A stretch of 64,000 bases of DNA from Escherichia phage 132: sequence record MZ417521. One strand, 5' to 3'. This document shows positions 8,752 to 18,008 of this stretch, piece after piece (within the stretch, counting starts at the first letter, position 1; the number at the start of each line of letters is the position of its first letter). Both the position numbers and the translations under genes were made by a program. The notes beneath the pieces were generated by a model that worked only from the letters and a program-made list of their open reading frames with translations, did not search any database and had not been told where the DNA came from.

Positions 8752-10561
8752 GTTTTACTCGTTTTACCATTTCTTTCATTTTACCTAAATTCCATGGAAC
8801 AACGCTAGGAGTTCCAAGATATCCGCATGTTCTTCTTATGGTGTTCATCTTTTTAGGATCAGTTTCTCCACAAATAGAACAAACAAATCCGTTTTCAGTA
8901 GGAGTCATTTCATGGGTACTTCCGCATGTAAAACATTTATCTACTGGCATATTAACACCAAAATAATCTAAATGTTGTGCAGCATAATCCCATACAGCCT
9001 CAAGACCCTTTAGGTTATTTTTCATATCAGGAAGTTCAACATAAGAAATGTGACCACCTGTCGCAATGAAATGATATGGGGCTTCGCGAGAAATCTTTTC
9101 AAATGGAGTAATATTTTCTTCTACTGAAACGTGGAAACTGTTAGTGTACCAGCCTTTATCGGTAACATCTTTTACACTTCCATATTTTTCGGTATCAAGT
9201 TTACAGAAGCGATAGCACAGGTTTTCAGCAGGAGTAGAATACAAACTAAAAGCAAAACCAGTTCTTTCAGTCCATTGTTTAAGATGAGTATTCATTTTAG
9301 TTAAAATTTCTTGTCCAATATCACGACCAACAAGAATATTCAATTCGTGAATACCAATGTATCCTAGGGACACTGAACTTCTACCGTTTTTAAATAACTC
9401 AATTATGTCATCGTCAGGTTTAAGACGAACCCCGAATGCACCTTCTTGGTAAAGAATAGGAGCAACAGTCGCTTTAACTCCTTTTAAGGAACTAATTCTA
9501 CACATCAATACTTCAAAACATAAATCCATTCGTTCATTGAACAATTCAGTAAATTTCTGTTCATTGAACTGTGTTCCAATATAAGAATCTAACGCAATAC
9601 GAGGAAGATTCAGTGTTACAACACCAAGATTATTACGTCCATCAAGAATTTCATTACCAGTCGAATCTTTCCATACGCCCAAGAAACTACGGCAACCCAT
9701 TGGAGAAACAGGAATAGATGAACCTGTGATAGCTTTATTGTTCTTAGCCGAAATGATGTCAGGATACATTCTTTTGCTTGCACACTCTAGAGCAAGCTGC
9801 TTAATATCATAGTTCGGATCGTCTTTATAAAGATTAACACCTTCTTCAACGAACATAACAAGCTTAGGGAAAATAGGAGTTATCCCATCACGACCGAGAC
9901 CTTTAATGCGATTTTTCAGAATTGCTTTCTGAATCATTCGTTCAGTCCAGTCAGTTCCCGTACCAAATGTAATTGTTACAAAAGGCGTTTGTCCGTTTGA
10001 ACTAAAGAGAGTATTTACTTCATATTCATAAGCTTGGAACGCATCGTATACGTCTTTTTCTGTTTTAGACTGGGCGTAATTCAACGCGTCAGCGATTTGC
10101 CATTTTTCTGCGTCCTCAATATGTTTTGCATAGGTGCGTTTAACATAAGGAGAAAGGACTTTATCTACATTCGCAAAAGTCGTTCCACCATATTGATGGG
10201 AAGCAACCTGTGCAGTAATTTGTGCCATAATTGCAGTAGCAACGCCAATTGATTTAGGAGTTTCAATCTGTGCATTACCGAGCTTAAATCCGTTCTCAAG
10301 CATTCCTTTTAAATCTACTAAACAGCAATTAGTAAATGGAAGAGCAGGGGAATAATCAATATCGTGGAAATGGATAATTCCGCTTTCATGCGCTTTCATA
10401 ATAAAAGACGGGACCATATTTTTGGCAATGTGTTTAGACACAATACCAGCCATAAGGTCCCGTTGAGTTGGAAAAACACGAGAATCTTTATTAGCATTCT
10501 CGTTTAAAAGGTCTTTATTAGTTTTATGAATTAATCCTTCAATTTCTTTTTCAATTGTCAT
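8744..10561 (-). CDS. nrdD: Anaerobic ribonucleoside-triphosphate reductase (glycyl radical enzyme), uninterrupted
   Basis: 605 aa continuous ORF; C-terminal Zn-ribbon and glycyl radical region; no intron-sized interruption. Confidence 0.9.
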   Translation of the reverse strand: MTIEKEIEGLIHKTNKDLLNENANKDSRVFPTQRDLMAGIVSKHIAKNMVPSFIMKAHESGIIHFHDIDYSPALPFTNCCLVDLKGMLENGFKLGNAQIETPKSIGVATAIMAQITAQVASHQYGGTTFANVDKVLSPYVKRTYAKHIEDAEKWQIADALNYAQSKTEKDVYDAFQAYEYEVNTLFSSNGQTPFVTITFGTGTDWTERMIQKAILKNRIKGLGRDGITPIFPKLVMFVEEGVNLYKDDPNYDIKQLALECASKRMYPDIISAKNNKAITGSSIPVSPMGCRSFLGVWKDSTGNEILDGRNNLGVVTLNLPRIALDSYIGTQFNEQKFTELFNERMDLCFEVLMCRISSLKGVKATVAPILYQEGAFGVRLKPDDDIIELFKNGRSSVSLGYIGIHELNILVGRDIGQEILTKMNTHLKQWTERTGFAFSLYSTPAENLCYRFCKLDTEKYGSVKDVTDKGWYTNSFHVSVEENITPFEKISREAPYHFIATGGHISYVELPDMKNNLKGLEAVWDYAAQHLDYFGVNMPVDKCFTCGSTHEMTPTENGFVCSICGETDPKKMNTIRRTCGYLGTPSVVPWNLGKMKEMVKRVKHA

Positions 10562-11031
10562 TTTAAACTCTTTCTAAGCTGCTTCTTAAATGAAGCTATT
10601 AATTGTGTTTTAGTGTCAGATTCATTATATTCAAATCCTCTTTGAAGCATCTCAGCCATCATTTCCTCTTTTCCTAAACGAGAAAATTCCTTTGATTTAT
10701 CTCCAACAAAGTTAGGGTGAATATTATTTTGGGTGTAATCGGATTTTAAATAAGTAAGTAAATTTTCTAACCATTCAAGATAATCAACACCTTGTCCCTT
10801 TAAGCCAGAACGATTAAATTTGTGTTTCATTTGACCTTCTGCTGCATTACAGAGATTACAGAGCAATCCACGTACCTTTCCAGCTTTCGGTCCATTTAAT
10901 TCATGGTCATGGTCAAGGTGATTAGCTTGAACATCAGGATTTAATTCTCGTTGGCAAATTAAGCATTTACCGTTTTGTGCATTATAAAATTTTTGTTTTT
11001 CTTCTTTGTATAATTTGCCAGTCAATAACAT
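10558..11031 (-). CDS. 49: Endonuclease VII (Holliday junction resolvase) gp49
   Basis: 157 aa with Cys-rich N-terminus (CLICQ...CNLCN); start site sits inside a hairpin as in T4 gene 49. Confidence 0.9.
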   Translation of the reverse strand: MLLTGKLYKEEKQKFYNAQNGKCLICQRELNPDVQANHLDHDHELNGPKAGKVRGLLCNLCNAAEGQMKHKFNRSGLKGQGVDYLEWLENLLTYLKSDYTQNNIHPNFVGDKSKEFSRLGKEEMMAEMLQRGFEYNESDTKTQLIASFKKQLRKSLK

Positions 11032-11037
11032 AATAAA

Positions 11038-11062
11038 ACCCTTACCTTAAATAGATAAGGGT
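11038..11062 (-). terminator. Hairpin between upstream gene and gene 49; covers the gene 49 SD
   Basis: 7-bp stem ACCCTTA / TAAGGGT with 11-nt loop, followed by UUUUAUU then the gene 49 ATG; the 3' stem half is the only SD-like sequence (AAGGG). Confidence 0.5.
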
Positions 11063-11069
11063 ATTTATT
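11062..11069 (-). promoter_or_regulatory. Late-promoter-like box (AATAAATA) at the gene 49 hairpin
   Basis: One mismatch to TATAAATA; adjacent to the hairpin that covers the gene 49 SD. Confidence 0.3.
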
Positions 11070-11080
11070 ATTTTCAAGTA

Positions 11081-11527
11081 TTAAAACGCTCGGTCAGAAA
11101 AAGAAATTTGAGTTTCAAGCCATTCAATATATTCTGCCGCAGCTTGCATCAAATTTCCTTCATAACCATCGTTATTTTCTTGCGCAGCCAATTTAGCTAA
11201 TGCATATGAAATGCGTTCACCTTGAAAAGCGGCTTTAGGTTTATGAATAGCTTGATCAACTCGTTCTACAACTTCTTCAATTTCGCCATTTTCTACTGAT
11301 TCAGTATTCCACAAGCACCAATACGTAATTGGCTTATCATAGATGTTAATAATCTTTCCGTCAGAAAGTTCAATTTCAATAATTCCAGTATCAGGTTCTA
11401 TATCATCTTCGCATTCTTTTGCAAGTTCACGAACTTTAAAGACAGTACCTGCACTAAGTTCCGGCCAGTAATTACACAACCCTATATCAGCACGATTAAT
11501 TCTAAACCACTTATCTACTGTAATCAT
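11081..11527 (-). CDS. Hypothetical 148-aa acidic protein (position of T4 pin; not verified)
   Basis: ATG at 11527 with GGAG SD, downstream of an early promoter; the ORF-track start at 11545 is TTG. Confidence 0.5.
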   Translation of the reverse strand: MITVDKWFRINRADIGLCNYWPELSAGTVFKVRELAKECEDDIEPDTGIIEIELSDGKIINIYDKPITYWCLWNTESVENGEIEEVVERVDQAIHKPKAAFQGERISYALAKLAAQENNDGYEGNLMQAAAEYIEWLETQISFSDRAF

Positions 11528-11567
11528 GTCCCATCTCCATATCAATTAAGTCATTTATCGTTGGTTC

Positions 11568-11597
11568 ATTATATACTGTTTCTTCATCAGTGTAAAC
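11568..11597 (-). promoter_or_regulatory. Early sigma70-type promoter
   Basis: Minus strand GTTTAC-N18-TATAAT; upstream of gene 11081..11527. Confidence 0.6.
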
Positions 11598-11650
11598 CGG
11601 TTCTTCCGGCTCTGGCTCTACTGTTTCCCATCTAGCCGTCCACCAAGGTT

Positions 11651-11959
11651 TTATAGCGTAATCCATTCTCGTACTGTCTGAGTTACTACACGTTCTCGTA
11701 GTTCAACTAACTCAACAGTTGGAACTGCATAATACCAGTCAGAATGATAAGAACCTGAACGGCATTCATTTACGGAAACATGTACATTATGTTTTGGGCT
11801 AAAATAAACACACTGCCGATATTGGCATTTGCCATCTTGTACCCAGTCTTCTATTTCGACGGGTTTAAGATAATCCGAAAAATCGAAATCATAATTTTCT
11901 GAAAATGCATCATGGTCTTCGATTATTTCACTCAAAACTGCATCAACATCGTAAATCAT
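11651..11959 (-). CDS. Hypothetical 102-aa protein
   Basis: ORF track; coupled to the downstream ORF. Confidence 0.5.
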   Translation of the reverse strand: MIYDVDAVLSEIIEDHDAFSENYDFDFSDYLKPVEIEDWVQDGKCQYRQCVYFSPKHNVHVSVNECRSGSYHSDWYYAVPTVELVELRERVVTQTVREWITL

Positions 11960-11961
11960 AT

Positions 11962-12177
11962 TTACCCCAGTTTAACCATACAATCGCCATATTTCCATTT
12001 AGAAATAGACTTTTCACCATTAGAATAATAAACTTCGAGTTTAGCGCGGCCATTTTTAATTTGAATAACCTTTGCTGTCATCAAAGTTCCATATCCATAA
12101 TAAACTGCAACCTCATCACCCACATATACCGCGCTTCCGCGGTAGTCATGGATATAATCAGTTCCTTCAAGCATCAT
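11962..12177 (-). CDS. Hypothetical 71-aa protein
   Basis: ORF track; 4-nt overlap with nrdC. Confidence 0.5.
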   Translation of the reverse strand: MMLEGTDYIHDYRGSAVYVGDEVAVYYGYGTLMTAKVIQIKNGRAKLEVYYSNGEKSISKWKYGDCMVKLG

Positions 12178-12437
12178 TTAAAGTATTCCCGCAATTGGTC
12201 AAATCCACCAATATGACTTCCATCAGGAGCAAATACTTGTGGCATCGTCAAACCAATTTGAGTATCACGACCTAGTTTAGTCAGAAGCTCAGCGATTTTC
12301 TCATCATCAAAAACACCTTTTTCCGGCATAATGTTGATAAATTCAAACGGCTGTTTCTTCACGGTCAAAAGACGTTTTGCATTATCGCAATACACACATT
12401 TGTGGATGTTGCTATCATAACCATATACTTTAAACAT
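12174..12437 (-). CDS. nrdC: Thioredoxin/glutaredoxin (NrdC)
   Basis: 87 aa, CVYC redox motif; begins MFKVYGYDSNIHKCVYCDNAKRLL. Confidence 0.8.
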   Translation of the reverse strand: MFKVYGYDSNIHKCVYCDNAKRLLTVKKQPFEFINIMPEKGVFDDEKIAELLTKLGRDTQIGLTMPQVFAPDGSHIGGFDQLREYFK

Positions 12438-12438
12438 A

Positions 12439-12681
12439 TTATTCCTTAATTCCTAGTACTTGTTTAAAAATCTCGTCATAATCAAGACTTTGGCCCGTTT
12501 GTTCTTTATGTTTGTATATAATATCACTTACTTCTGATAGCATATTTTTATATGAACGAGTTAAAGCAGATTTAAGAACGCTATATCTATCAGGAAATTT
12601 ACCGTGTTCATTATAATAAGCTATTGCTAATTCACGGACTGCTTTTTCAGCAATCTCCATATATTCTTTACGCTTGGTCAT
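12439..12681 (-). CDS. Hypothetical 80-aa protein
   Basis: First ATG of ORF 12439..12729 (the track start is TTG); overlaps the upstream gene stop by 14 nt. Confidence 0.45.
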   Translation of the reverse strand: MTKRKEYMEIAEKAVRELAIAYYNEHGKFPDRYSVLKSALTRSYKNMLSEVSDIIYKHKEQTGQSLDYDEIFKQVLGIKE

Positions 12682-12985
12682 TTTCTTCTCTCTCAAATCG
12701 GTGTTTGCAATGACGACATTTATATTCAAGCTCTGGTTTACGCCAGTTAATCAATTGGACCTGTTCAGTACCACATTTTGGGCAGTTCGGAACATTCTTA
12801 GAAGCCCTTTCGCGGCGTTCAACCATAACCATAATGGCATCCCAAGCAGGAGGTTTAAAGTCTAGATCGTCACAGCCATGAATCTTTCCACGCATTTCTA
12901 AATCGTCTTCTTCACCAGCCATAATAATTTTAATTAGACTGGAATTACTTGAAGCTGCAATATCTTCTAATAAGCGCTTTTTCAT
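12668..12985 (-). CDS. Zn-ribbon protein
   Basis: 105 aa with CPKC...CRHC four-Cys motif. Confidence 0.5.
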   Translation of the reverse strand: MKKRLLEDIAASSNSSLIKIIMAGEEDDLEMRGKIHGCDDLDFKPPAWDAIMVMVERRERASKNVPNCPKCGTEQVQLINWRKPELEYKCRHCKHRFEREENDQA

Positions 12986-13911
12986 TTCAATACCTCAATA
13001 GCATTACGTAAACCATTTGCTTTGGCGGTTAAAGCCTTAAGAACTTTAGTATGCTCTTCAATCTGTTTTTCAACTTCAATTAAGCGTGTATTAAGATATT
13101 CGCGTTCTTCACTCAGGTTATCAATCTTTTCTACTTTAGGTTCTTTTACAACTGGCTTATATGTATTAGGATTCTTCAGTTTAATTAGAATGCGTGAACT
13201 GTATAACATTGAACCATTATCTTCGGTTTCGTCATACATTTCTACTACGTCCATAATTTTTAACATCATGCGGAGTTTATAAGACAACGAACGAATAGTT
13301 TTGTTGTGCTTATTAATTTCTCTAGCGTTCATGGTGCCGAGATTACGTGAGTAATAATAAGGAACCTGGATATTAATTAATACTGATGAACCACCTGGCT
13401 TGTGTGTTACTTCATCAGCAATAACCCAGTCCTTAACATGAACTGTATTTGTACGGTCATCGCCCGCAGTAAATAGTTTACGAGCATGCTTAAAAAGCAT
13501 ATTCACTTGGTCATTGAATTGACAAGCGAATTTATCAGCAAATTTAGTTTCAGGAATGGTAGATAACCAATCAGCCAAATGGGTCTTTTTAACATCGTTA
13601 ACAATAGTAAATTCAACCAAATCGGTTATAGATGTCGCAGATTTAATGAAGCTCGGCTTCATAAAGTTTTTAATGTTATCGCGAGCTACGGTAGAAGATA
13701 ACATACGAGAACGTTTAAACCATTCAAGCAAATTGCCTAACGAATGAGAATAAGCGTTTTGAGTATCTTTACAGATATGATTTTCCTGGCCAACATATTG
13801 AAGGAAATCACGAAGAATATTATTGATTACTGCTCTGTGCCCGATTTGATAATTACGGTGTTTAGTAATAAGACTGTCAAAATAATCAATATAATGTTTA
13901 CGAGTTTTCAT
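12982..13911 (-). CDS. Coiled-coil protein, paralog 1 of a four-gene family
   Basis: 309 aa; N-terminus MKTRKHYIDYFDSLI resembles the next paralog; C-terminal ~50-aa heptad-like region. Confidence 0.6.
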   Translation of the reverse strand: MKTRKHYIDYFDSLITKHRNYQIGHRAVINNILRDFLQYVGQENHICKDTQNAYSHSLGNLLEWFKRSRMLSSTVARDNIKNFMKPSFIKSATSITDLVEFTIVNDVKKTHLADWLSTIPETKFADKFACQFNDQVNMLFKHARKLFTAGDDRTNTVHVKDWVIADEVTHKPGGSSVLINIQVPYYYSRNLGTMNAREINKHNKTIRSLSYKLRMMLKIMDVVEMYDETEDNGSMLYSSRILIKLKNPNTYKPVVKEPKVEKIDNLSEEREYLNTRLIEVEKQIEEHTKVLKALTAKANGLRNAIEVLK

Positions 13912-13963
13912 GTTCTTCTCACTTAGTTAATGATTTATACTCCGAGCCATCCTTGGCTTTAAA

Positions 13964-14965
13964 TTACTTAATTAACTGTAAAGCTTGTTCAAGACGATCC
14001 AGGCGATTAACAGATTCTTCCCAAATCCTTTTAGCCTGTTCATATTCTTTCTGCGCTTTATTAGAAATTTCTAGAGCTTCTTTATAAGCTTTTTCTAATG
14101 CAATAACTTCTGGACGAATTTCTACCGATTCAGGTGAATCATCAAGATTATCCATTAATTCCTCAAGGGTAGTTTCTTCTTTAGGAGTATTCACAATTTC
14201 TTCGCATTTTTGTTGGTAAATTTCTTTATCAGTTAGTGAATAAGCACACTTTACTTCACGAAGACTAACTACAATTTTGTATCCTTCCCAACCGCACACA
14301 TTCTTAAAAGGATAAGTATGAATATTTTCTACTGTTTCCATACAAAGTAGTGCAGTCTCTAATTGACGAGTTATATCACTAGCAATTGAGAAAAATTTAT
14401 TAATGTTCTTTTGATTAGCTTCTGGTGTAAAAAATCCATAATTCACAAAAATAGCTGCTTTATTTTTATCAAGTTCATATTCTTTTATGATAATCATATC
14501 AGAAGCCCAAGGATGAATTTGACGATAATCGCCATAGCATAATTTAGAAGCTGATTTTAGAATTTGCTTTTTGAAAAGTCTGAAATTACTAATCCAACGA
14601 CGAGTAAAAATATTCTCAGGGTCTTCTTTAATATTAAGATGATAAGAATTAACATCACCGAACCAATTATATCCTACTACATCTTTAGTTCGTTTAATTT
14701 CTTTCCCAAATTTACCAAGAATATCTTGATTAACTAAATATGAAAGAAGACGAGAACCTTTAAATGTTTCCTTAATGTCATCTTTATATTCGCGACTAGA
14801 AATTTTATGAACTTCATGGATAAATTTGCTGGAAGAAACAATGCTTACATCAATATTATTGAGCCATTGATTGATAATGGAAATCACGCTATTCTGACTA
14901 GACACAGGTTTAACTTTATCATCAATAACGCTGTTGAATGATTTGATATATTCATTACGAGTCAT
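13964..14965 (-). CDS. Coiled-coil protein, paralog 2
   Basis: 333 aa; N-terminus MTRNEYIKSFNSVI; central motif WISNFRLFKKQILKSASKL; C-terminal coiled coil; own early promoter. Confidence 0.6.
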   Translation of the reverse strand: MTRNEYIKSFNSVIDDKVKPVSSQNSVISIINQWLNNIDVSIVSSSKFIHEVHKISSREYKDDIKETFKGSRLLSYLVNQDILGKFGKEIKRTKDVVGYNWFGDVNSYHLNIKEDPENIFTRRWISNFRLFKKQILKSASKLCYGDYRQIHPWASDMIIIKEYELDKNKAAIFVNYGFFTPEANQKNINKFFSIASDITRQLETALLCMETVENIHTYPFKNVCGWEGYKIVVSLREVKCAYSLTDKEIYQQKCEEIVNTPKEETTLEELMDNLDDSPESVEIRPEVIALEKAYKEALEISNKAQKEYEQAKRIWEESVNRLDRLEQALQLIK

Positions 14966-14993
14966 ATTAATCTCCTCAGTAGAAAGTAAGAAT

Positions 14994-15023
14994 ATTATAC
15001 CACATCCCTGTGGTAAAGTAAAC
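14994..15023 (-). promoter_or_regulatory. Early sigma70-type promoter
   Basis: Minus strand GTTTAC-N18-TGG-TATAAT; upstream of coiled-coil paralog 2. Confidence 0.65.
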
Positions 15024-16051
15024 TAGTTCAGTGCATTTAGTGCATTGTTCAGTTTAGAACGTTGCTTCGTGAGATTTTTGACTTTTTCTTGAGCTTTTTC
15101 TAGTGCCTTTTCAACTTCTAACATTTCATTAGTTGCTTTAACGAGTTCATCATCTACTGCTTTAAGAGACTTCTCAATCGCATCTGCATGCCATTTTTCA
15201 ACAGGTTTAAGACTCGGATTTTCAATAGGAAGAAAATTCACTTTATTGAATTTCCATGCATCCTTATTACCTGAACTATACATCCAAAATTTAGGATCGT
15301 TTGATGAGTAATTGGATAAATTTAAATTTAAGTTATCTTGCACTTCTTGCTTTTTCTCTTGCGTGACTTCGTCCTTTCTCAAAAAATCGTATTTAAATGA
15401 AACGATCATATCAAGTTCATACGTTGTTGTATGTTCCCAATTTCGCTCAAAATGAGGTAAAATCTTAGACTGAACAGCGGCAACAACATCCATATACTTA
15501 AATGCTTCTGTTAACTGCGATTTAAGGCATTCGCAAATTGAAAGAGAATTTTTTGTATTAGGTTTAAAGCTAATTCGTGCAGTTCTATTATTTTCTTTTA
15601 ATGGTCTTACTTCCATCTGAAGAGTATAACCATCAAATTTCAGATTCTTTAAGTTAATATCAGAACCTTTTAATCGACTCGCAGTTGATAAAATTTGCTT
15701 TAATTGTCTACGGAACAGAGCAATAAATCTCCATTCAATACGATAATGATTTGGATTGAAAAATCCAGATGATAAATCGACCTTACTTTGACCAACGCCT
15801 TGAACAAATAGAGGATTTTTATAATCAATAGTTTTACAGAAATCGGTAAGCTGCTCACGAGCCGTCATTTGTGTAATATACCCTGCTTCGCTAAAATTAC
15901 GCACCCATTCGCTGCTGTTCAGATGCTTAAAGGCATGAATGGAACAATTAACTTTATCAGGGTCTAAATTATTTTGGCACAAAAATGTCATAACGTCACG
16001 AGTATAGCTGGCATTACGAACCATATCTTCAATTTGAGAACGAGTTTTCAT
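15023..16051 (-). CDS. Coiled-coil protein, paralog 3
   Basis: 342 aa; central motif EWRFIALFRRQLKQILSTASRL; C-terminal coiled coil. Confidence 0.6.
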   Translation of the reverse strand: MKTRSQIEDMVRNASYTRDVMTFLCQNNLDPDKVNCSIHAFKHLNSSEWVRNFSEAGYITQMTAREQLTDFCKTIDYKNPLFVQGVGQSKVDLSSGFFNPNHYRIEWRFIALFRRQLKQILSTASRLKGSDINLKNLKFDGYTLQMEVRPLKENNRTARISFKPNTKNSLSICECLKSQLTEAFKYMDVVAAVQSKILPHFERNWEHTTTYELDMIVSFKYDFLRKDEVTQEKKQEVQDNLNLNLSNYSSNDPKFWMYSSGNKDAWKFNKVNFLPIENPSLKPVEKWHADAIEKSLKAVDDELVKATNEMLEVEKALEKAQEKVKNLTKQRSKLNNALNALN

Positions 16052-16059
16052 GGTGTTCC

Positions 16060-16950
16060 TTAAGATTTAAGTAAATCAACAATTTTAATCAGCTTTTCAC
16101 GCTCAGATTTAGCTTTACTACTCAATCCAGATAGTCTGAAAATTTCATCGTCATATTGTTGAATAGAAATATTCAGCTCTTCAATCTGCTTATTAAAATA
16201 ATCAATTTGTTCAGAATGTTTTTCGTTACTACGAACTGGTACAGGTTTTGTAGGCAATTTGGTTGAACTGGATTCATCCGGGCGATAAATTAAAATACAA
16301 CTTGAACCAATAGGGCATTTTGCACCAGATGAATATTCTAATGTTCCAGCTTCTTTTAAAACTTCAAAAGCTAAACAGAGATGATGTCCCATATTAACAT
16401 AATCTGTAGAGCGAGCTCTGATGTAATAATCATCTCTGCGAATACTAAATTTAAAGCATTTAAGGTCTTCTGTATTATTGGTCTTAAAAATCATTTGTTT
16501 ATCTAGACCTTTAGCTAATCGAGCGCCTAATGCTAATAATCGTCGTTGATTTTCCCACAAATCCGCAATCATTTGATCGAATGATAATTTCGGCATTAGT
16601 CGACCATAAAGGTCATATCCTTTATTATAATTACGAAGAATTTCACTCGCATTAATACGAGACAACGCTCCAATTTTATTAAGGGCTTTCATAATGCGAT
16701 TAGATAAACTCATTCCAGACCCATTTGTTCGCTGTAGATGTTTTTCTAATCCAAACCCAATATCAACTTTAAATTTATCTAAAATTTCGGCATGAACATC
16801 TCTGTCAATAACATTCAAATCCAAAGTTGGGTTAAATTTATGAAAAAATTTATCTGGCTCTCCACGACGAAATACAGTCCATTCATTCATCATTTTTTTA
16901 TTAACTAAAGATTTAATTACTGCATTGACATTATTAATTACTACTGACAT
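16060..16950 (-). CDS. Coiled-coil protein, paralog 4 (more divergent)
   Basis: Start taken at internal ATG (MSVVINNV...) with GAGGAAAAT SD, 296 aa; central motif LWENQRRLLALGARLAKGL; C-terminal coiled coil. Confidence 0.55.
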   Translation of the reverse strand: MSVVINNVNAVIKSLVNKKMMNEWTVFRRGEPDKFFHKFNPTLDLNVIDRDVHAEILDKFKVDIGFGLEKHLQRTNGSGMSLSNRIMKALNKIGALSRINASEILRNYNKGYDLYGRLMPKLSFDQMIADLWENQRRLLALGARLAKGLDKQMIFKTNNTEDLKCFKFSIRRDDYYIRARSTDYVNMGHHLCLAFEVLKEAGTLEYSSGAKCPIGSSCILIYRPDESSSTKLPTKPVPVRSNEKHSEQIDYFNKQIEELNISIQQYDDEIFRLSGLSSKAKSEREKLIKIVDLLKS

Positions 16951-16957
16951 ATTTTCC

Positions 16958-17365
16958 TCACTCAATTTCAATTTTACTAAATACACAGAATATGATTGAA
17001 CAGACTACATAAGCGCCACACACGGATTGAACTAATACCATCCCAAAGAACCAAACAATATTATCAAACAATGTCTGTTTTACGTCGAAAGGACGTAAAC
17101 TTACAGTAATATTATCACCTTTTTCTATTGAAGAATACATCTCTGGGGAAATATATTCACTAAATCTATAACCATCTTTGAGTTCATATACGGCAATAAA
17201 CGATAAACTAGACCCTTTTCCTTGTGTTCCTGTAATGGTATTAACTACAGTAACATCATAATCTTTATAATGCATATAATCATTAATTGCGTAATAACCA
17301 TATGCAATTACTACACATAAACAACATATCAATAAATTCAATCTTTTAATTATCAACTGTTTCAT
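16958..17365 (-). CDS. Membrane protein (N- and C-terminal TM helices)
   Basis: 135 aa; hydrophobic segments LLICCLCVVIAYGYYAI and VWFFGMVLVQSVCGAYVVCSIIFCVF. Confidence 0.55.
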   Translation of the reverse strand: MKQLIIKRLNLLICCLCVVIAYGYYAINDYMHYKDYDVTVVNTITGTQGKGSSLSFIAVYELKDGYRFSEYISPEMYSSIEKGDNITVSLRPFDVKQTLFDNIVWFFGMVLVQSVCGAYVVCSIIFCVFSKIEIE

Positions 17366-17420
17366 AATAATCTCAATTAAAAGGGCTTAGAACCATTATA
17401 CCATCCTTGGTATAAAGCGG

Positions 17421-17948
17421 TTATGCGAGTACCGTCTTTAACCGTTCTTCAAACTTCCGAAGAGTATTTTGGCGTTCAGCTCTTTGCTTTTTGTAAGTTT
17501 CAATACGCTCTGAAATGAGAGTGTATCGTTCATTTACTGATTCTTTCATAAAATCAGGAATTTCACGAGAAGCTTTAATCTCGTCAAATTTATCAATAAC
17601 AGCTTGCTCTTCAGCAATTAAGTTATCATACATTAAAATATCTTTCTTGATAAACTCAATATCTTCTTGAGTTACACGAGATAATTTAGATGCTTTATCC
17701 TTTTTGTACTGTTCGTTAGTATCACGAGACCAGTGTAATGTACGATTTTTATTCGTATTTTTGTAAATTTCTACAATACCAATCTCATCAATAATAACGA
17801 TCCAATTCCAACGGGATTTGTAAATTTGTCCTCCATCAACAGTGATTTCACCTCCGATTGAGATGTCATTAAAGAACTTGCTTTGCGCTTCAGATTTAAA
17901 TTTACCATCGTTGTAATTTACTAAGTTGAAAATATCTTTAGCGTTCAT
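17421..17948 (-). CDS. Hypothetical 175-aa protein with C-terminal coiled coil
   Basis: ORF track; early promoter immediately upstream. Confidence 0.55.
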   Translation of the reverse strand: MNAKDIFNLVNYNDGKFKSEAQSKFFNDISIGGEITVDGGQIYKSRWNWIVIIDEIGIVEIYKNTNKNRTLHWSRDTNEQYKKDKASKLSRVTQEDIEFIKKDILMYDNLIAEEQAVIDKFDEIKASREIPDFMKESVNERYTLISERIETYKKQRAERQNTLRKFEERLKTVLA

Positions 17949-17976
17949 TTTCTGTTCCTCCGTAGTTGATAGTTGT

Positions 17977-18006
17977 ATAGTACCACAGAGGAACAGTCTT
18001 GTAAAC
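17977..18006 (-). promoter_or_regulatory. Early sigma70-type promoter
   Basis: Minus strand GTTTAC-N18-TGG-TACTAT; upstream of ORF 17421..17948. Confidence 0.6.
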
Positions 18007-18008
18007 CA

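Noticed and set aside
8744-10561. Group I intron in nrdD
   Set aside because: The nrdD reading frame is continuous over 605 codons with no intron-sized interruption.
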